A stretch of DNA of 64,000 bases from Lama glama (Eukaryota). Below the pieces are notes generated by a model. It did not search any database and had not been told where the DNA came from. It saw only the letters and a program-made list of their open reading frames with translations. Shown here one piece after another: positions 13,278 to 26,786 of this stretch (position 1 is the stretch's first letter; every line of letters begins with the position of its first letter). The stretch spans positions 51,338,001 to 51,402,000 of the forward strand of contig CM052817.1 in the NCBI GenBank assembly GCA_028534125.1. The letters run 5' to 3'. The position numbers were made by a program, and so were the translations under genes.

Positions 13278-14375
13278 CAGTCCTCACTTTGCACAGTTCC
13301 AATATGCACAGATTTTAGTTGCTCTGGTTTAGCTAAGTACCAGTCTTCTAACAACACAGCTCAAATTTCAAGTACTATGGTATATTAGTTTTGAGTAATT
13401 GTATGAAATACCATCTTCACTGCCAGCTCTGCAATCTACAAATCACTAGGTAAATAACATGTACATCATGATCAGTGACCAATCATGTCATTTTTTTTCA
13501 GTTTGATGGTTGGTCACTGTGTGTCTATTATTCAGCTCATGTTCAGACAGAAAAGAAAGTAGTTATGTTACAACTTTGTGTCCCACTGATAAACCTACAA
13601 ATGTGATCAAAACCAAAAGCTGGTAATTAAAGTAGGGAATTTTCAAAAAAATGTAAGTGCAACAAAGTAATGAAAAATAATATTGCTATAAATTAAATCT
13701 AAGTGGGATATAAACAGAGCTGAAGATGAAAAAGCTAACACTGACACCATCACCACTGGAAAACTCTACATATGTGGAGCCTAGAGAAAGGGAAGTCACT
13801 GATATAAAGGAAAAAAGTAATGAAAAGGAAATGATGTCTCTGGGGTAATTCCACGTATAAAGGGATTTTCTCAGATATTTCATGACATTGAAAGTACATA
13901 GGATACAATTTTGGAAGCTCATACAAATTCAAAAAGAAGTATGACAATTCACCCCAGTCTAAAAATGCTCACTTCATGTTGTAAGTTACACAGCATGAAG
14001 AAATGCAAACTACTCTTGGTGAGATTTTACAAAGAAATAAAACACTTTAATTTTCAATGTTTCTAATGTTTTAAACTACAATGTACTAATTAAATTTTAG
14101 TTTTACTACTTTTTTAGTTGCCTGTACATTTCTAACCAACAGTAAGAGACTTTACAAGGTTCTGACAAAAATTTAAAGGTCACAGGATAATTAAAACATT
14201 TCAATCTGACACATCTGCTTGAAAAGCTATGATTACTCTGTGACCTTTATATTTTTTCATTTAAAATTTTAAAATATTTTAAATTTAAATTTAAAAATAA
14301 TTAAATTTAAATTTTAAAATATTCAGCTTGTAGTCACTTTTACAAGCTTGTACTGTTATGCAAAGATAAATAAGG
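13278..14375. mobile_element. Tigger-type (TcMar) DNA transposon remnant, Tigger13a-like
   Basis: Starts cagtcctcactttgcacagttccaatatgcac and has internal catcatgatcagtgaccaatca, as recalled for this family; degraded inverted end (atgcaaag) near 14360. Confidence 0.7.
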
Positions 14376-15335
14376 ATATAGAGCCTGCTGGAGTAAAGGT
14401 TTTGTGACCCAAACAGGTAAATAACCCCAACCAGTTAAAATACCAGCTGAGGGCAAAAGCATTATGAACAGAAAATGGAAGAAGGAAGCAACAAACAGCA
14501 ACCGTGGCTTCATGGTCCTTTCAGAAATGGGAACTGTACGCAGACACTAACAACTTTCACTCCTTTCCCCTAGTTTTTATTTTCATAGAATCAGTGTTGG
14601 TGTTGGTTATCTTTACAAATTGGGGCTACAAAATATTCAGACGTAATTGTGAACAAACTCAAAGAGGAATTTACATCAGTCAGAGCATAATACAGAGGCA
14701 GATGGACTTTGTGTCTATCCTGTTTGTAAGGAGATAGTGTCTTAAATATGTGATAGTTGCATTGTTTTAAATGGTAAAATGATATCTTGTTACTGCATTC
14801 CAACTTGCATACGAAGAGAAAAATGCGATGTGATTAAAAGAAGCAACATAAACAAACGCTGAGTAACAGGATAATTGTGTGGGTAATTTGCCTCTTGGCT
14901 ATCAGCTTTCTGATCTTGGTCATTCTATAAAACTATTTGCCTGGGATGGGAGTGCAGAGTAGTATTTTTCTCCGTAAAACTCTGAGTGACTATCTTTCTT
15001 TCTTTTATAACGCAACTTTTCCAAACAATTAAGATTCTGCTTCCCAAACTTCTCCAAACCCCGATGCCTAGGACATCAGAAAGCCTGTGGGTGGCACAAA
15101 AAGTGGCCTCAACGTTTGGCTAAGCCTGAAGCCAGCCAGCAGGTGCCTTCCCAGGGCAAGGACAGCACCCTCCTCACCGCCCCCGCCCCCACGTCCAGTG
15201 AGCAGGCCCACCACGTGCCCTCTGAGGAGCTGAGTCTGCAGGGTCCACGCTCCGCGGGGCAGCAGAAACCTGCCAGCCTCAGAACCACAAACCCCCGCCC
15301 ACCCCCTGGCCAACCGGCCTGGGGCCGCCACTCAC

Positions 15336-15430
15336 CCCTGTCTTCACGACTTCCAGCACAGCCCTCCCAGGGTGCTCTCGCGGGTTCCGCTGACTCCTAC
15401 TCAGGCGTCAGACCTGCGCACTGGCGGCTC
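15336..15430 (-). other. Candidate non-coding first exon, leftward transcript
   Basis: Minus strand reads ...GACAGGG|GTGAGT (donor at 15335-15330); no ATG; 5' boundary approximate. Confidence 0.5.
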
Positions 15431-15479
15431 CCAGGGTCACCGGAAGTGCGGCCCAGGAAGTGCGGCCCAGGCGCGCCCC

Positions 15480-15707
15480 GGAGCAGCCCCGCCCCCCGTC
15501 AGGACCGTCGAGGTCCTGGCCTGAGAGGCTTAGTCAGCCCCAGGTGCCCAGCGGGGCAGGCTGCGTGAGCACTTCCCAGCTCCTCACTGCGCTGTCGGAT
15601 TTTCTTAACCTGCCTTCATCAGACGTCGACGTCGGGGAGGACAGCAGCTCCTTGCTGCTTGTCTGAAAACCCGGAGCGTTCCAGCGGCCTGGCTCCGGGA
15701 CTCCGCG
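15480..15707 (+). other. Candidate non-coding first exon, rightward transcript
   Basis: CCGCG|GTGAGT donor at 15708; weaker alternatives GTGAGC (~15565) and GTAAGG (15735); 5' boundary approximate. Confidence 0.45.
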
Positions 15708-16169
15708 GTGAGTGCGGCCGACCCGGCCGGGCCCGTAAGGTGCAGACAGACAGGGGTACTGGCTCACGGCACTTCAGGCTCTGTGTCCCATGGTTCAGTT
15801 TTGCATCTGCACTTTAAAGGGACTGCGATGTAACAAATGATGGAGTTGCTATTGGAAGTCCCCTCTTTCCTTTTTATTTCTCCTCCCTTCCTTCACTGTC
15901 TCCAAACAAACAAAAAACATTGACTGCCTTTCAAGAATCCTTCTGAAAACAATCTCCACCATATTACGTGACGAATTTCCAGTATTACTGGACAAAATGT
16001 TTAGAAATTTGAAAGGATTGACAAGACCATAGCAAAGGAGACAGAAGTATAATTGTCCTTCCAGAAAAATGATTGCTCCACATAACAATCTTGAAATTTT
16101 CTTCAGCTACCTGTCTGTCAGCTTTTGAACTCATTTCCCATTTAATAATAATGATGATGATGAAGAGAT

Positions 16170-16405
16170 TTACCGTGTCCCAAGCACATAATTTAATAAA
16201 AAAATAAAATCATTTATAGCAACAGGAAAAGGGTATTATTATTATTATTATTATTAATTAGTGTTATTACCGTTGGCATTCTACAGATGAAGAAATTGAA
16301 GCTAGAGAGATAAGGAGACTTGCCCAGTACCAATACCTCATGCTGTAGGTGAAAGCATCAGAATTGAAACACTTGGAGTCTTGCTTCAGAGCCTCATTCT
16401 CAACA
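16170..16405 (-). mobile_element. MIR SINE
   Basis: Antisense MIR core cattctacagatgaagaaattgaagc...acttgccca. Confidence 0.8.
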
Positions 16406-18379
16406 GTCTGTCTCTAACCAGAGAGCATGAGTAGCAGCACTAGGGAGGACCACATGGCATACAATCTTAATTTTGACCTATGATTCTAACCAGAGAACCC
16501 CATTGCCTAGTCTTGACAGTTAAATAAAGAGAGTATAAAATACTAAACAGTGTTTTTTTGCACATTATTTGACCAGAGGACAGAATGTGACTGTGAAATC
16601 TCTGGTCATCCTCAATTGTTTAAGTGACTTCAGAATAAACCAAGCACGTATTGACTCACTGGAAGAGATCAATAGCAACTGTACAGTGGAAATTACACCA
16701 TTCAATGACCCACGTTACATCAATATCTGCAAAAGAGTAAGACAATGCTGTATACCCTCTCAGAAATGTTCTGCTGGAGCCCTAAAACTACTCTTTAACC
16801 AAATCAGCTGGGAACACACAGTCAACAGAGATGGTAAACAGCTCATGCAGTCTCTGTCAGATGATTTCGTGTCATGTGCTAATGACACGCAGCACAATTA
16901 GGAAAATAAATATCTGGCAAAAATACTAATCTCATGAAATTGGATTAGTAAATACAACCCAAATAAATGCTTGTCTGAGTAAATTTGGAGAATTTTTCAC
17001 AAATGTTAGTTTCTAACAGCTCTTAAAGACCCACAAAAAATATAATTAAGAAAAAAATATTTAAACATGCAGCATCATAGAGAATAGAGAAAAGGAATGT
17101 ATCAGTAATATCAACATTTTTTAGGAAGGAAGCCACCGATTATCAGTACTTTACTTCTCAAAAACAAAGAAGCTGAAGTCTAAGGATGTGGGTTTGGGAG
17201 TAGTGAGAATCTTATAAGAATTCAAGTCACAGAGTCTTGGGAACGTTTAGCAATGGCAATCAACAAGTACTTCTTAAAGTAGAACTGAAGGGGTAAACCT
17301 GACAAAAATGAATTAAATACCTTCACAATAAGAAGTTAGGCACTACTGTCCTCTTTACCTCCCTATATTGAGTTAATTGCTCCATCTGCACTCTGAGGGA
17401 ATATAGGGAGTTTATTCCTAAAAAGCTTGAAACAGAGAAATTAGAAACTTGGTCGGGGATATAAGAGGTCAGAGGAAAAGCACTATCATGAAAACAGAGA
17501 TAAAATGGAAGTTTACATAGTGAACAGGGAGACCTCCTGGTTTCCTTGCCCACTGGACTGCAAGCATATTGTTAGCCAAGCTAATACCCTTCCAGGAAGA
17601 AGACTGAAGAATTCTTTTTCTAGGAAAATTAATTAGCCTAAGGAAAAAACTCTAGAAATAAAGGCAGCATGGGGAGAGATAGTTACCCATGAAATAACTG
17701 GATGCCTGGCTATTAGGTGTGATGAAAATAAATAGTAGATACTTTTTGTATGTACAAACACAAATCTTTTAATGTATTTTGTTCATCTCCTTAAATATCA
17801 GCCAAAAAAACCCAAAATTATTAAGAAAATCCTTCAATAGAGAAGTCAGAGAACCAAAACTTATATTACCAAAAAAAAAATCAGTGGGAAAAGAAACCAC
17901 ACAAGTAGTAGAAGAATATAATTATATATATGTATGAATTTATATATGTGTATCCCTACACATTATCACATATGTATGTATTTATATTGATATGTAATAT
18001 ATAGAGAGAATAATCTTAGAGTGATTAGACAAGCTATTTTACCTGAGGAAATAAAACAGGAATATTTAAAGAAGTATTAAAATATTGTGGATTAAGGGTA
18101 AAATAGACTCTTTTATTGCTAAGATTGTTAAAGATAGATTAAAAGACTAGCATAGGAAATATAAAAAAAGTCAAAGATGGAAAATGGAATTTATAAAATG
18201 TAGAGGTTAAACAAAGTGTTCCAAATAGCTGTCTCATAGTAGTTCCAAAACAAAGAGAAAAATTCGAATAAAGAAATGTTGAAGAGAACTTTGTGAAGTA
18301 AATATTTCAAAAAATTCCTCAAAACCAGGAAAGTTCTATTTACACATTATGATAGATTTTTTTTGATATTCAGCTTTTC

Positions 18380-18744
18380 TAGGCTATGCTCAGTCCTAGT
18401 TATCAAACACTAATCTGGGTGTTGCTGTGAAGGTATTTTGGAAATGTAAGGAAAGCCCTTGAGCAGATGTCTTTAACTAAGAGATTATTTTGAATAATCT
18501 AGGTTGCACCGACCGTAATCAGTAAGAAAGAGAAGAAATTTCTCCCCTGGATAACATTTTATGATCTTCCTTTTGTAACTGGCTTCCCTGTGGATTTTTG
18601 ACTTACTTATCCAGGCTCCTCTCTTAGTTGAATAGATCTCTTTATATGCTTATGTATATATGTACATATGTATATGTGTATATATATGCATATATCCCTC
18701 TCCTACTGGTTCTGCTTTTTATGGATAAAACTTGACTGATACAC
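18380..18744 (+). mobile_element. MLT2-type ERVL solo LTR
   Basis: tgttgctgtgaaggtatttt ... tcctactggttctgc...tgactgataca terminus. Confidence 0.75.
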
Positions 18745-19000
18745 AGATTGAACAGACTGATTTAGAAACTTCATTAATAGAATAATGAATACCTACATTA
18801 ACACATGCTATTGGAAAATTTCAGAGCACCAGGAAAGGAAGAAAATTCAGGAAAGAAAAAATATTGTATATACACAAGTTCTCAGGAACCAAAATAGCAT
18901 TAAACTTTTGACAACAGTATTAAAATATATGATATGATTTTTTAAAGATGCCTTCAATCATCTGAGGAAAAGTTATGTACAAACAAAAATTACATAGTCT

Positions 19001-19460
19001 ATGTTTTGGATTAAATTGGGTCACCCCAAAATTCAAATGTTGAAGTCCTAATCCCCAATACCCTGTTTGTAAAAAAGTTTTATTTAGGATGTAATTAGTT
19101 AAATTGAGATGAAGTCATAACTGGAGTAGGGTGATGAGTAGGATGGACCTCTAATCCAGTATGACTAATGTCTTTATAAAAAGAGGGAAATTTGGGCATA
19201 GAAACAAACACTATCTGAAGATAAAGGCAGAGATCAAGGTTATACTTATACAAGCCAAGACACATCAGACATTGCCAACAAAACACGAGAAACTCAGGGA
19301 GAGACATGGAAAGGATTCTTCCTCACAAAACTCAGAGGGAACCACTCAGCCAACACCTGTTATTGGACTTTTGGCCTCCAGAACTATGCAACAATAAATT
19401 TCTGTTGTTTTAACTATTCAGTTTGTGAAACTTTATTAGATCAGCCCTAACAAATTATAA
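19001..19460 (+). mobile_element. MaLR LTR (MLT1B/C-like)
   Basis: ccccaaaattcaaatgttgaagtcctaa ... ggcctccagaact...aataaatttctgttgtttt. Confidence 0.85.
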
Positions 19461-20579
19461 AATCTGATAAATTAGCAAATAAAAGTAAGATAGAATGTGA
19501 ATACTTTCACAGGTACAAGATCTCAAAATATTTGTTTCTTACACACTCTTAGACACAAAGATATAAATTAATGAAACAGAAATAGGAATAGAGGTGAAAA
19601 TTTAGAGAAATTTCTATAATGATGCTAAAAGAATGTTTGTGGATGTTAGTTGTGCAGCTGGCAGATTTCTAGCAGGCCCATAAAATAATCAGTATGTATA
19701 AGAGCTGAAGGTTAGAGGAGTCCTGAAAGAATATCTTCAAAGTGAAAAAAAAGAAATAATAGATTTCTTGATGTAGTTAACCATATTAGAAGAGATTTAT
19801 AATGTGGGGGAAGGGACAGGGGAGAACTTGGGTACTGAGAAAGAATACTAAGTCAATGAAAACAAGGCAATTGTTAGCTCCAAGAACAGTTATGTAAGAA
19901 AGGAAGAAAAAAATCATAGTATAGCTCATGGTTCATCCTTGTAAAGTACTAACACATCATAATGATGTGAAACATAGTAAACAAAAATGTGATGTATTTG
20001 AAGATGTGAACAGAGAAAGTATGAATGAGCATGGTTGTGAAAAAAGAAACCTAAAACTTTATTGTTCGTAATTGAAAGTCATTCAATAATCCTAGCATTA
20101 GATATCAAGAAATAGTATAAAAAGTAAGAATTTGATGGTAGGTATCTAAGAAACAGTTCAAAACTGTTTGAATCTGGGAGACAAGATGGACATGGAGGAC
20201 ATTTTAGTTTAAAACCTTGGAGTAGTATTTTATTTTTAAAACTCTATACATTTATTAAATGGACACCAAACCTTTCCATAATGATCTTGCTCAGCACATC
20301 ATTCAATCCAATCAAAAAAGAAAAAACATATGCCCATACTTGCTCAATCATCAAGCGTAAAAGCACATTCACTGATAAATAAAACAGAAGTATGTTTATG
20401 AGCATAAGCACACTTAACTGTATAATATACCTCTCTGTGAAGACCTGTAGTCTTAGTAAGAAAACATGATATTGAGTTCTTGTGTACAACCATTGACTCA
20501 AGAGAAATAGCTAGCTTTTATACAGAAATAAATGGGATGATTTGTATATAAATTTGACTAGAGCTATATCTAAAATATT

Positions 20580-21065
20580 TCCACTGTATAAGTGCTGTGT
20601 TTTGTTTATCCATTTAATGGTTGATGGACATTTGAGGTGTTTCTACTTTTTAGCTATTCTGAATAATGTTTGCATGCACACTTATGTACAAGTTTTTGTG
20701 TGAACACTTTTTTTAGTTCTCTGAGACAGAATCTCTAGGTAATATGATAATTATATTATTAACTTATTGAAGAAAATGTTTTCTAAAGTGGCTGCATTAT
20801 TTTACTTTCCCATCAGCAATGTATGAGTATTCCAATCTTTCAATATTCTTGTCAACACTTGTTATTGTCTGCCTTTTTATTATATCCAATACAGTGCTTG
20901 TAAAGTAGTATCTCTTAAGATTTTGATTTGCATTTCCCTAATGACTAATGATGTTGAATACATTTTCATGTGTTTATTAGCCATCTGTATATTTTCTTTC
21001 GAAATATTGTCTGTTCATTCCTTTGATCATTTTTTAAATTGGCTTGTCTTTTACTGTTGAGTTTT
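20580..21065 (-). mobile_element. Old L1 fragment (ORF2 end)
   Basis: ttgatggacattt...ttttgatttgcatttccctaatgactaatgatgttga antisense L1 motifs. Confidence 0.85.
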
Positions 21066-21259
21066 TGTTTTTATTCTTGCCTATCTGATGATTACAGTCT
21101 TCCTCTCTAGAGGCTGCTTTTCAGGGAACATTCAAATGAGACAAAAACATCTTCATAGTCTACAGCTATTTGAAGAGGTCTATCTACATATCTCTTCTCT
21201 GAACCTCCTTGTTACAAAGTTTCTGATTATATTTCTTCTAAGTTTTCTGACCTCTTAAC

Positions 21260-23780
21260 CAATCCATTAATCAGTAAAAATTTGTACCTCTGTTGTTTTG
21301 CCATTTGATTTCTATATGTCTTATTTTTTCTGTATTCCTCTTTTATTGCCTATTTTTGTGTTAAATAGATATTTTCTAATGTACCATTTTAATTTCATTG
21401 TCATTTGTATGTTTATATACACATAAATATATGCTTTATATAGTTACTTTCATCGTGATTGCTCTATTGCAATTAACATCTTAATTTATAGCAATCTAGA
21501 GTTTAGATTAATACCAAATTAATTTCAATAGTTTACAAAAATTTTGCCCCTATTTAGCAACATTTCATTCCTTCTCCTTTGGGCTATTATAGTCATACAA
21601 ATTACATCTTTATATATTACATCTTTATATATTGGCTGTCTTTTATATGCCCCAAAACATAGATTAATATTTGCTGTTTAATGCAGATGTCTTTTATATT
21701 AGGTAGGAGAAAAATATCCATACCTTGTATTTTACGTTTACCCAAGTAGTTATGATTACTGGTGCTCTTTATTTTTTTTACAAATATCCATATGAATTTA
21801 TTATTGGTTGTTCTTTCATTTCATCATTTTGTCCTGAGAGATTCTCTTTAGTATTTGTTGTAGTGCAGGTTTGCTAGAGGCAAAGCTTTTTTTTTTTTTC
21901 CATTTTTTATGCTGAAATGCCATCATTTCTCCTTTCATTTGAAAGGTTAGTATTGATGGACATTGAATTCTTTGTTGTCAGTCTTTCCCTTTCAGCACTG
22001 AATATATTAACCCACAGCCTCATGGCCTTCATGTTTTCTGTTGAGAAATCTGTTAATCTTATTGAAGCTCCCTCATACATGAAGAGTTACTTCTTTCTTA
22101 CTACTTTCAAGATTCTCTCTTTGGCAATGGTTTTTAATGATTTGATTAAGGTACATCTAGGTGTGAATTTCTTTGAGTGTATCCTTCTTGGATTCTGTTG
22201 AGCTGTTTAGATGTGCATATCAGTGTTTTTCATCAAATTTGTCAAATTTTTGACCATCATTTTCTCAAATATTTTTTCTGACATTTTCTGTCATTCCTCT
22301 CCTTGAGAAATTATGCATATATAATAGTTCTCCACATTTTCCTGAGATACTGTTCATTTATTTTCATTCTTTTTATGTTCTGTTTCTCAGACTGATTAAT
22401 CTCAATTGATCTATTTTTAAGTTTGTATATTCTTACTTATGCTTGTTCAGATCTGCTGGTGAGTTCCATAATGAATTTTTCATCTCATATGTTGTAATTT
22501 TCAACTGCATAATTATACTTGTTTCTTTATATAATTTACATCTTTATTGATATTCTGTATGTGATAAAACATTACTCTCATACCTTCCATTATTTTTTAT
22601 GCATCATTTTCTTTAGTTCTTTCAACTTATTTCAAATAGCTGATTGAAATTCTTTGTCTAGTAAGTTCAACATGTTGGCTTCCCCAGGACAATTTCTATT
22701 TATTGATTTTTTTTCCTTACTTTCCCATACTTTCTTGTTTCTTCGCATATCTTATAATATTTTTTTTGAAAACTGGACATGATGAATAATACAATGTATC
22801 AACTTCAACTTTGAAAACTCAGTTATCCCCCTCTGCGAGGTTTTTTATTTTTTATTTTTTGGTTTCAAAACTTTTATGAACTAATTCTATGAAGTCTGTA
22901 TTCTTTTTCATATGTAACCACTTAAATCTCTGTTCAGTTAGCTTAGTGTTTCACTAATGATTGAATAGAGATTTCCAGAAACACCTGGAACCAATAAGTC
23001 TCCCAGTCCTCTAGGAGAGTTTCTGAGCTTAAGGCACACTTTCAATACACAGGTAGGCAGTTGAAAACAGGCCTTTCGTCTTCATTTCTTACATGTGTGG
23101 GGTCTCAAGGTCAGCCAGAGGTGAGCTCAGTAAAGCTTATGACATGTGCACTGCCCATGTGAGTGGCTTTCTAGGTTCCCAGGAATGTATCAGAGTTTAC
23201 CTCATTCTCCAGTTTTTCCTTTTAGGGTTTCTGGTTTAACAGTTGTTTGCCCCAACTATTACCCACTACCTCAGCGGCTGTGATGTTACACAATTGCCTC
23301 TATTTGTTTTTGACAAACAACCTGGGGTCAAAGGCTATTCATGGATAAGCCTGGATGATCTCCATGTCAGGTCAAACAAAGACACTCTTGCAAGTAGGAT
23401 CTTCCAAGGAAACACTACACAGGTCATATATAATGACAGTTCTCTACGAATAGGGCTATTGGGGAGCTCCTACTTTATTTTGCCTTCTCCAGTGACTGCA
23501 AGGCTGCTGATCTTTACTTTAATTGTGGAATGTTGATTTTCAAGGCTGTCGAGAAGCTGATGAGGAATGGGAATACAGCAAGTTAGAGTACCATAAAACT
23601 CATGCCTTTTGCTGAGATTCAGCTGTTTTTGTTGCACTAATGCTCTTCAGATTGCTACAAGGCTTAGAATAATTTTCAGAGTTATGAAAATGTTGATTCT
23701 GATGATTTTTGCAAGTGCCCCATGCTTTTAGGGAGGAGAGAATTTTTGGAGGCTTTCACTATACCATTTTCACTGATACC
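21260..23780 (-). mobile_element. Ancient L1 5' region (5'UTR/ORF1, L1M-type)
   Basis: T-rich antisense ORF1-type motifs (tttctgttgagaaatc...; ctttcaagattctctctttg; catcaaattt). Confidence 0.7.
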
Positions 23781-24519
23781 CTGTATATACAGAAATGTGT
23801 AGTTTTACTTTTTTATGGTAATGATTTTAAGGTGCCTATGATATCAAATGCCCCAAGATGGGTTTGACATATATTCTAGCATCTCAACCTAAAAATCATG
23901 TACTTTTCAATTTAAAACATCCCATATAATAGCAAAAACAATTAGGATTTATAGTTGCTAAATCCCAATGATAATGTTGTTTCTTAATAAAAAGAAGTGG
24001 TGAAATATTGACTTGTTCATATGGTGAAACTCTTGAGGAATTGAAAACAAATGAGTAACTAAAATAATGAAATATACTTTGGATTTCAAAGAGGCGAAAT
24101 AAATTTGTTTGGTCTTGTGTTAAGAGTGTGGAGAGTTTGTGAGATGTGGGTAGTGAAGGAAAAACTGTTATATGACTATTGACTTGTCAAGTAAGTTATT
24201 TTGTGGGCTGCAGTTGATTATAAAATAAATCAACAAGATAAGCCAAAAGGCAACAAATTTATGTATATTAGCTATTAATGAGGAACTAGAATGATTTCTA
24301 GGTGGAAGATAGATTGCATAAACAGCTTGCATAGATTTTTTTTTTGCATCAGTTTGAATAAATAATACATAATGAAAATTTTTTCTTGAGAACAGACTAT
24401 GCATTAACACAATGGTGGGATTATAAAAATATGGCCCATGTGATCCAGAAAAGAAGAATACCAAAAAATGCATATGTGTGTGTTTCTGTGTGTATTAACA
24501 ATTTATTTGTATTCTTTTG

Positions 24520-25000
24520 GGGTTTTGGGGTTTTTTTGATGCTTTGACATTTGGGGGCTTTCCCGACCCTGGAGGGACTGCCTCTCCTAGGGCTAGCCAG
24601 TTCCTAGAATAGTAAATAACTAACCTAGGACAGTGCCTATATGTAAACCAACCAATCTAGAGATCATGATCTCAACTGCCTCCTTTATTGGGTTTCTGCA
24701 TTCTGGATCACAGTTCCCCTGCTCTAATCATTTCAAGGTCAAGTAGGGACAGACCCTATGTCCCCTAGCCCACTAAAATTATTCATAGTAGCCAATCCTT
24801 CAGCCTACTTTTCCTGCTTCACCCAGCCCTTCCCACAGAAACCATAATAAAGGCACTTGCTCATGTTTTCCTCTCACTCCCTCTAAATCCTAATGTATTC
24901 TGCTCCTGTAAGTGAAAACTTCTTGTTTCATGACAATCATTTTTATATCTGTGTGTCTACTGTATATATGTTTACTATTAAAACAAAACCTGAGTATCCT
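24520..25000 (+). mobile_element. ERV1-type solo LTR, MER39-like
   Basis: tgatgctttgacat...gaccctggagggactgcc...ggctagcca...aaaccaaccaatc; AATAAA at ~24846. Confidence 0.7.
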
Positions 25001-25462
25001 TAAAAATATATGTATATGTTGTGAGTTACTTGTATATAACTCTACAGGTCAATAAATAAGAGATCAGAATTTCTGTTCACTTTGTGTAGTCTGAGTGCTG
25101 CTGAAATTTTCTTTGTGCATTTCGTGTTTGTCCTGTGAAAAATCATGTGTATTCTTTGTAGAAAAGGGTTGTTAAATTTGATGTTTTTGATACATATTTT
25201 CATATGAGGAAGTTTAATGGAAGACAATGAGTAGCACAAGGCTTTTCCTGAATCATTCATATTTTTACATTAAAAAAGAAACTATGCTAAGTCACCTTGC
25301 TAGATGACCTCAGGGAAAAAAAGTGACTATGACAGAATTATTACCCTTGAGGATCTCAATTCTTGAGGTGAGGCATAAGTGTAAATTATCAAGTATGACA
25401 TGGTAAGTTCAAAAACTGAGATATAATATGCTAGGAGGGATCAGATCAGCTCTAACTGGGAG

Positions 25463-26408
25463 TGTTACCAAACTCAGGTCAGGATGCTCTCTGCTCGAAG
25501 CTCAATATCCAAGTGGCAAGTGTTGGTAGAAATGAAAAGTTGCCTTTAATCAAACAGCTGGCAATCTGGTGAGAAGGCAGACTCATGTACCCCAAAACAA
25601 AACTACAAAGTTGTTTTCGAAAGTTTATAACGGGAAAAGAGGAAGTAATCTCAGTTAATCATTGAGATAGGGGATCAAGCTCATAGCCATCTATTGCATG
25701 CAGGCTTGTCGACTCTCGTCATCTTTCTTTAGATGCTATCTTGTTCACACAGTTTGTTCACACAGTCTGTCCATGAGTTTACTGAAGGAGAAGCTAAAGA
25801 AGAGATCTGATTATCTGTTAATTACTTCTTCAATTTTACTTCTTTGATCTACAGAAAGAACTAACAAGTTAGGTAAGGTATTTTGTGATCAAAAATCTGA
25901 AAGGTGTGCTTGGGCTGGAGGTGAGTAGAACATGGGGGCACCTGATTTAAAAGTTAGTTACAATGAAGGATCGTGGTTTCCAGGGGGTTGGGGAGAGGGA
26001 GGGAGGAGATGAATGAACAGATGGAGCACAAGGGATTTTTAGGGCAATGAAATAATTCTGTATCATACTATAGTGGTGGCTACATGTCATTATGCATTTG
26101 TCAAAACCCATAGGTGAACCCTAGTGTAAACTATGGCCTTTGGTTGATAATAATTTGTCCGTGTTGGTTCATCGATTGTACCAAATATGCCACACTGATG
26201 AGGGTGTTGAGGGTAGGGGAGTGTATATGTGTAGGTGGGGAGGGCTATTTGTGAACTCTCTATTTTCTGCTCAATTCGGCTGTGAACCTGAAACTGCTTT
26301 AAAAAAATTAAGTATTTAAAAAAAAATTAGTTACAATATAGCTTTGCTAAAGTGGCAAGGCAAAAGGAGTTTCCTACTGAGGGCGTTTCCTGCACAGAGC
26401 TGCTTGCA
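25463..26408 (-). mobile_element. ERV1-type solo LTR interrupted by an L1 fragment
   Basis: TG...CA termini with 4-bp TSD GGAG (25459-25462 / 26409-26412); minus-strand ATTAAA near the left end; flanks rejoin as L2-like sequence. Confidence 0.75.
25965..26326 (+). mobile_element. L1MC-type 3' end with A tail, nested in the LTR
   Basis: TSD ttagttacaat (25954-25964 / 26327-26337), TT/AAAA insertion site, L1MC 3'UTR motifs. Confidence 0.85.
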
Positions 26409-26786
26409 GGAGGAATCAGAAGAGGTATTGAGTAAAAAGTAAAATTTGAATTCAAATTTGAAAAAAGAGTTAAACTTAGACAGAAAAATCAACATAAACA
26501 AGACATTCTGACACAGTAACATGACCAAGAAGAAAAAGCAAGAAAATGTGAACACAGGTTAGTTGTCATACTGGGTGACAAGAACATTAGTGAATACTTT
26601 TAAAAGAGAATTAGGAAAAAGAAAGATAATTAGGAGAAAATATCCTTTCTGTGATTACTATTTTAAGGATGATCAAATCTCACGCCGTTAGATTATTACG
26701 CTAGAAAGTTGTGCTAAGTTGATGGTGTTCCTGACTTCAATTCACCTTTCCCTGGAGTAGTGTCCTTTCTCATGTAATTTTTCAGT

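Larger units (their letters stand above)
15130..15790. promoter_or_regulatory. CpG island, probable bidirectional promoter
   Basis: Only GC/CpG-rich block in the window. ETS motifs CCGGAAGTG (15440-15448) and CAGGAAGTG (15454-15462); GC boxes at 15177-15190, ~15292-15300 and 15487-15495; divergent splice donors. Confidence 0.85.

Noticed and set aside
14260..14322. AT-only quasi-palindromic tract
   Set aside because: Low-complexity expansion inside the Tigger remnant.
15116..15568. 150-aa Pro/Ser/Arg-rich ORF in the CpG island
   Set aside because: Non-ATG start, composition expected from GC-rich DNA, crosses the promoter motifs, no recognisable domain.
16569..16901. 110-aa ORF downstream of the island
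   Set aside because: Non-ATG start, no recognisable homology and no clear splice boundaries.
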